From positions 1-29,694 of the IMG/VR virus record IMGVR_UViG_3300017766_001388: 29,694 nucleotides of DNA. The stretch is one strand, 5' to 3'. The DNA comes from a virus (Duplodnaviria; Caudoviricetes). Positions 26,267 through 29,694 of the stretch are shown one piece after another; the first letter of the stretch is position 1, and the number at the start of each line of letters is the position of its first letter. Under the pieces are notes generated by a model. It saw only the letters and a program-made list of their open reading frames with translations, was not told where the DNA came from and made no database searches. The position numbers and the translations under genes are program-made.

Positions 26267-26542
26267 TTATTTATTCTCTTTATTATTTATTTTTGTTATT
26301 GCTTCTTCTAACACATTCAGTCTGGAAGTGAGAGCAAGATTAGTGTTATCTCCTTTAACTTCTTGCCTTATTATGTCTTTCTGTAGATCCTTAATTTCAT
26401 CTTCCAATTCTTTCCTTATCTCTTGCTTGAATAGATCCAACTGCCTATCCCTGTTCCATTGTAGAGCAGTCTGTGATAACATGTATAAAATACATAAAAC
26501 AAAGACGTACGTGATTATTCTTTCTACAACTTTCCATATCAC
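26267..26542 (-). CDS. Single-TM coiled-coil membrane protein in the lysis region
   Basis: GAGG SD with GTG start; TM helix IITYVFVLCILYML followed by a coiled coil. Confidence 0.7.
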   Translation of the reverse strand: MIWKVVERIITYVFVLCILYMLSQTALQWNRDRQLDLFKQEIRKELEDEIKDLQKDIIRQEVKGDNTNLALTSRLNVLEEAITKINNKENK

Positions 26543-26560
26543 TTGACGCCTCTCTTTATG

Positions 26561-26854
26561 TTATTTCTTTATACCTTTACCATCAGTAAGTACCCATAGC
26601 ATGGTATCCATCTTATTATTAATATCTGCTACTACAGATTCTACCCTTTTAATAATCCTGTCTTCCATCACAACAGCATCCTTCTGACTAAAGCTACTTC
26701 CTTGCATTTCATACATACGTGCTTCAAGTTTCTCAATAGATTGATATTGATACATCATCACTAGTGACAATGCTCCTATCGCAACCTTCTCAAGTAATCC
26801 ACTTACCTGTTTCCGTACTTCTGTTCCATCTGCTAAACTATTTTGGTGTGACAT
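26561..26854 (-). CDS. Single-TM membrane protein, holin/antiholin/XhlA-like candidate
   Basis: TM segment VAIGALSLVMMY then coiled coil; likely start ATG 26854. Confidence 0.55.
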   Translation of the reverse strand: MSHQNSLADGTEVRKQVSGLLEKVAIGALSLVMMYQYQSIEKLEARMYEMQGSSFSQKDAVVMEDRIIKRVESVVADINNKMDTMLWVLTDGKGIKK

Positions 26855-27113
26855 TATAAATCTTCTCTTGTTCAATCTTCCATTCTGCAAGCTTATCTAA
26901 AGTAACCTTATATTGTTCAATACATTTCTCATTCCTTTTACTGACAATCATCAATTGCCTAGGAGTAGTGAATTTGTATTGAGCTTCACAAGGATGTACT
27001 AATTGAGACTTATCGGGAAGGATTGGTTTATCTTTATAAATTGTTACTACCTTCGTACAGCCTGATAAGCTCAGGATCAAAAGGAGCATCAATATCGACG
27101 TATTCAATTTCAT
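26838..27113 (-). CDS. Outer-membrane spanin, Rz1-like lipoprotein
   Basis: Lipobox LSLSGC; Pro-rich PILP..HPC; overlaps the 3' end of the i-spanin in another frame. Confidence 0.85.
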   Translation of the reverse strand: MKLNTSILMLLLILSLSGCTKVVTIYKDKPILPDKSQLVHPCEAQYKFTTPRQLMIVSKRNEKCIEQYKVTLDKLAEWKIEQEKIYNVTPK

Positions 27114-27429
27114 CTTGTTTAGTCTCTGTATTAGCTTTAGGGGCTACACACTTAGGTTTGTAATTAAGAAGATCAGAAACAACAACCTCTTCTTCTTTCT
27201 TTAGCTTCAGTAATTCAACGTTTAGATTAAAGATTATATCGGAGGTAACCTTATTAGAAGCTTCCAGTTGTTCTTTACTCAGTACTAAAGACTTATGTTC
27301 GCCTTCCAGCTTTGTATACTTCGTTTGTAGCTCGTTTAGCTCATTCTTAGTACTTTGCCATAGGATAACCATAGAGAGGCTACAAACGATTCCTAGGGCG
27401 CTTATAATCGATAGGATTTTAGTTATCAT
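27034..27429 (-). CDS. Inner-membrane spanin, Rz-like
   Basis: N-terminal TM helix plus long coiled coil; overlapped by the lipoprotein gene. Confidence 0.82.
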   Translation of the reverse strand: MITKILSIISALGIVCSLSMVILWQSTKNELNELQTKYTKLEGEHKSLVLSKEQLEASNKVTSDIIFNLNVELLKLKKEEEVVVSDLLNYKPKCVAPKANTETKQDEIEYVDIDAPFDPELIRLYEGSNNL

Positions 27430-27664
27430 CTAATTTACAACTCTCCTGCTTATCTTCAGCAGCTTCTTGCTTAACAAAGCTACCTACTATACCTAATAAG
27501 GCAAGAACTCCCGTAACAGAAGCCCCCACCCAAAGAGGGATATAGTCAATAAAGGGGACAATAGCTATCATCCCCACAGAAGATATTGCAATCAGAAGAT
27601 GAGTGATGAAACTATAGCGTTTAAGTACAGAGACTATGTAACAATCATCTTTCTTGATTTTCAT
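27419..27664 (-). CDS. Putative holin
   Basis: 81 aa, two TM helices, charged C-terminal tail, directly upstream of the spanins. Confidence 0.65.
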   Translation of the reverse strand: MKIKKDDCYIVSVLKRYSFITHLLIAISSVGMIAIVPFIDYIPLWVGASVTGVLALLGIVGSFVKQEAAEDKQESCKLDDN

Positions 27665-27669
27665 ATCAA

Positions 27670-27930
27670 TTATCCGAACAATGCAAAGCCAGTGATACCT
27701 GTAGCATCAGTGCCTGTATCGAGTAGCCTTTTAATTACCACAGGCCACCGCTCACCATCTGACAAAGTTACAGTGTCAGTATTACCGTCTTCACCAACAT
27801 ATGTTACATCACCACCAACCAATACACGAAAACCATAAGCTTTACCTTCTGGCAAGTCTGTGGAGTCGTTTGGGGTGATTGGGAATGTACCACGAGCCAT
27901 TGCAGACCCAATTAAAATATTTGAAGCCAT
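27670..27930 (-). CDS. Head-spike base protein, RcGTA Rcc01079-like
   Basis: ITPNDSTDL...FRV..GG.V....G...T....GE..PV...R.L.TGT.AT matches my recollection of Rcc01079 (ITPSDSTDL...RVLATGTTAT). Confidence 0.8.
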   Translation of the reverse strand: MASNILIGSAMARGTFPITPNDSTDLPEGKAYGFRVLVGGDVTYVGEDGNTDTVTLSDGERWPVVIKRLLDTGTDATGITGFALFG

Positions 27931-27951
27931 TGTCTATACCTTTTATTGTTT

Positions 27952-27975
27952 AAAGAAAGGCACCCTTAGATGCCT
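27952..27975 (-). terminator. Possible terminator overlapping the fibre stop codon
   Basis: On the - strand: AGGCATC-TAAG-GGTGCCT followed by TTCTTT. Confidence 0.5.
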
Positions 27976-29642
27976 ATCCCAATACTACCACCAAAACCTC
28001 CACCACCGCCTTTAGAAGACCATGAGAATGTTCTAGTTCCTATTGTCACTCTTACAGTGGCTCCATCAGCCCCTGACAACTGGATAGTGTCATTGTTGAC
28101 TAAGGTTCCAGATGTACCTGTAAAGCTACCACCATTTTTACTATACTGCCCACCTACAATTGAGATTGGAGTAGTACCAGCTAAACCTGTGATAGTTTTA
28201 ATATCACTTAATGCTGACAAGGTTACAAATTTAACAGTGTCTGGTTCAGTGTCTGCCACAGTGGTGATTGAATACTGAGTGGTGTATGTTCCAACAGTTA
28301 CATCCAAATCAACAGCAGTACCATAACTTGCACTGGAATTACGTCTAACCCTTAATGTATCGCCATTTGCAATAGTGCCTGCTGTGCTAACGTAACTGCC
28401 ACCATTCTTACTATACAAACCATCTACTATTGTAAGATCAGCATTAATACCACTACCCAAACCTGAAATAGTAATTTCATTGGAAGTGTATGTAGTGTTT
28501 AGGGTTGCATTAGTTACTGCTGTAAATGTAAAGGAATCTGGAGTAGTGTCATCAACAACAGCTCCATCCACAGACAAATCCAAATCGTGGTAATAGGTAT
28601 TTCCATTAGCCATGTGCAGAATTATTTGTTCTGTTCTTGGCAATGATCCTGACAGGACATCAACTCTACTATCGGGCAAAATTGACAAGGTGTTTGGGTA
28701 GTAGCAACGACGAACATCGGCAACCACAATACCCCCTACCACCATGGCAGCTCCGAGGTAATATGGATCATCTGTAATGATTGTTCCGAAAGTTACAGCA
28801 TTCATTCCCGCTGGGGCACTTAAATTACTTACAATGGTGTCACTTGAACCACCTTGAGATAGTGTGAAGGTTCCACTGACAACAGGTAGGTAAGGGTATA
28901 TTTGTGTGTCTACTGGTAATGGCCATGTCCCACTGTATGTTGTACCACCACCTGCAAAGGTAATAGAGGTACTAACACCACCGTGTGATAAAGTACCAGC
29001 ACCATCTGCTGCACCACTACTTGTACCACTAAAAGAACTGTTTGGAACTACAGGGTCAGTGAGAGTGAGAACATCGAAAATAGAGTCAACTGTCATGCCT
29101 GTTACACGACCACCGATTGATGCACAACCGGCATACTCTAGGCCAGTGTAGGTGGTGTTTATTAAATCACTCCCTACTTGAACACCATTTCTTAGAAACT
29201 TAAATGTACCAGTGGTCTTATCCGTACAGCGGATTTCAAAAGTTTGTGAGTAACCTGTACCGTAGCTGGTGAATTCAACTAACTGTGTTGTAAGTGTCCC
29301 TGCAACAACAGTGTAGATTCTAGCTGTTGTACCTGCTTGGTTTAACCAGAGGGAGTACCCATTACCAGAAGAGTTGACTATGCATAACCTAGCAGAGTCA
29401 TTACCTGCTTGAGTTGCATTTATACCGTGCGTAGTAGATGCAAAAATAGTGTTAGAGGTAATAGGTGTGGTATTTACCCACGCTCCTGCTTGCAACCCTG
29501 TACCAGAAAGTCTTTGAAAGTGGTTTGCACCGCCAGATAAAGTAACTTGCGTTGTTTGTGACCAAGCGGGTCTAGTCCATCCTGCGGGAGGCGTATTATA
29601 AGGACTAGCCGCCGTTAGGGAATTCACTAATAAAGTTGGCAT
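27966..29642 (-). CDS. Virion fibre/adhesin, probable head fibre: lectin-like N-terminal domain, Ig-like repeats, Gly linker and IGIGI tail
   Basis: Thr/Gly/Ser-rich beta protein; repeats DTTPDSFTF and DTEPDTVKF, each containing YSKNGGS; ends GGGGGFGGSIGIGI. Confidence 0.7.
   Translation of the reverse strand: MPTLLVNSLTAASPYNTPPAGWTRPAWSQTTQVTLSGGANHFQRLSGTGLQAGAWVNTTPITSNTIFASTTHGINATQAGNDSARLCIVNSSGNGYSLWLNQAGTTARIYTVVAGTLTTQLVEFTSYGTGYSQTFEIRCTDKTTGTFKFLRNGVQVGSDLINTTYTGLEYAGCASIGGRVTGMTVDSIFDVLTLTDPVVPNSSFSGTSSGAADGAGTLSHGGVSTSITFAGGGTTYSGTWPLPVDTQIYPYLPVVSGTFTLSQGGSSDTIVSNLSAPAGMNAVTFGTIITDDPYYLGAAMVVGGIVVADVRRCYYPNTLSILPDSRVDVLSGSLPRTEQIILHMANGNTYYHDLDLSVDGAVVDDTTPDSFTFTAVTNATLNTTYTSNEITISGLGSGINADLTIVDGLYSKNGGSYVSTAGTIANGDTLRVRRNSSASYGTAVDLDVTVGTYTTQYSITTVADTEPDTVKFVTLSALSDIKTITGLAGTTPISIVGGQYSKNGGSFTGTSGTLVNNDTIQLSGADGATVRVTIGTRTFSWSSKGGGGGFGGSIGIGI
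28020..28550 (-). repeat. Two tandem Ig-like domain repeats in the fibre gene
   Basis: Repeat 1 about 28550-28254, repeat 2 about 28253-28020; shared DT.PD, TI.GL, YSKNGGS, GT..N.DT, VT.GT. Confidence 0.75.
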
Positions 29643-29694
29643 TAACGATATACCTCACAACATCTGCGATGGCGCAGCGTGGCATCAGTTGGCA
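29642..29694 (-). CDS. 3' end of an upstream late gene, partial
   Basis: Open frame PTDATLRHRRCCEVYR-TAA with TAATG overlap onto the fibre start. Confidence 0.5.
   Translation of the reverse strand, partial: PTDATLRHRRCCEVYR

Noticed and set aside
26328-29151. Plus-strand ORFs 26328..26546, 27599..27838, 27970..28278 and 28906..29151
   Set aside because: They are antisense to the late genes, and their Pro-rich content mirrors Gly codons on the coding strand.
1-29694. Genome-wide TAG reassignment (genetic code 15), prompted by the in-frame TAGs at 5042 and 26235
   Set aside because: Long genes contain no internal TAG, and TAG ends complete proteins (DUF5664 at 16641, glutaredoxin at 20490, o-spanin at 26838).

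Overview
AT-rich fragment of a large lytic tailed dsDNA phage. The Rz/Rz1-type spanins point to a Gram-negative host, and the gene content resembles Felix O1/PAK_P1-like and marine gammaproteobacterial phages. From 14 to 25594 the + strand carries a dense replication and nucleotide-metabolism arm. It holds a GHKL ATPase, T7-like primase-helicase, family A DNA polymerase, SSB, 5'-3' exonuclease, a resolvase-like HNH nuclease, a metallophosphoesterase, a DUF5664 diphosphohydrolase, a HAD 5'-nucleotidase, a MazG-like pyrophosphatase, ThyX, glutaredoxin and NrdB/NrdA. It also holds three free-standing HNH/AP2 homing endonucleases and many small hypotheticals. A converging - strand late arm (25668-29694) encodes an Ig-repeat fibre, an RcGTA Rcc01079-like head-spike base, a holin-like protein, i- and o-spanins and membrane proteins, but no endolysin. 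Most notable: (1) a head-spike module whose fibre carries the (I/L-G)n anchor motif at its C-terminus rather than its N-terminus; (2) a gene switched off by a G9 tract just after its start codon; (3) a homing endonuclease fused to the N-terminal remnant of a resolvase-like gene; (4) multidomain ORFs with in-frame internal RBS and start codons at domain boundaries; (5) an in-frame amber codon inside a hairpin at the 5' end of a late gene. No tRNA, rRNA, CRISPR, intron or integrase was seen. All family calls are by eye from motifs, with no database search.
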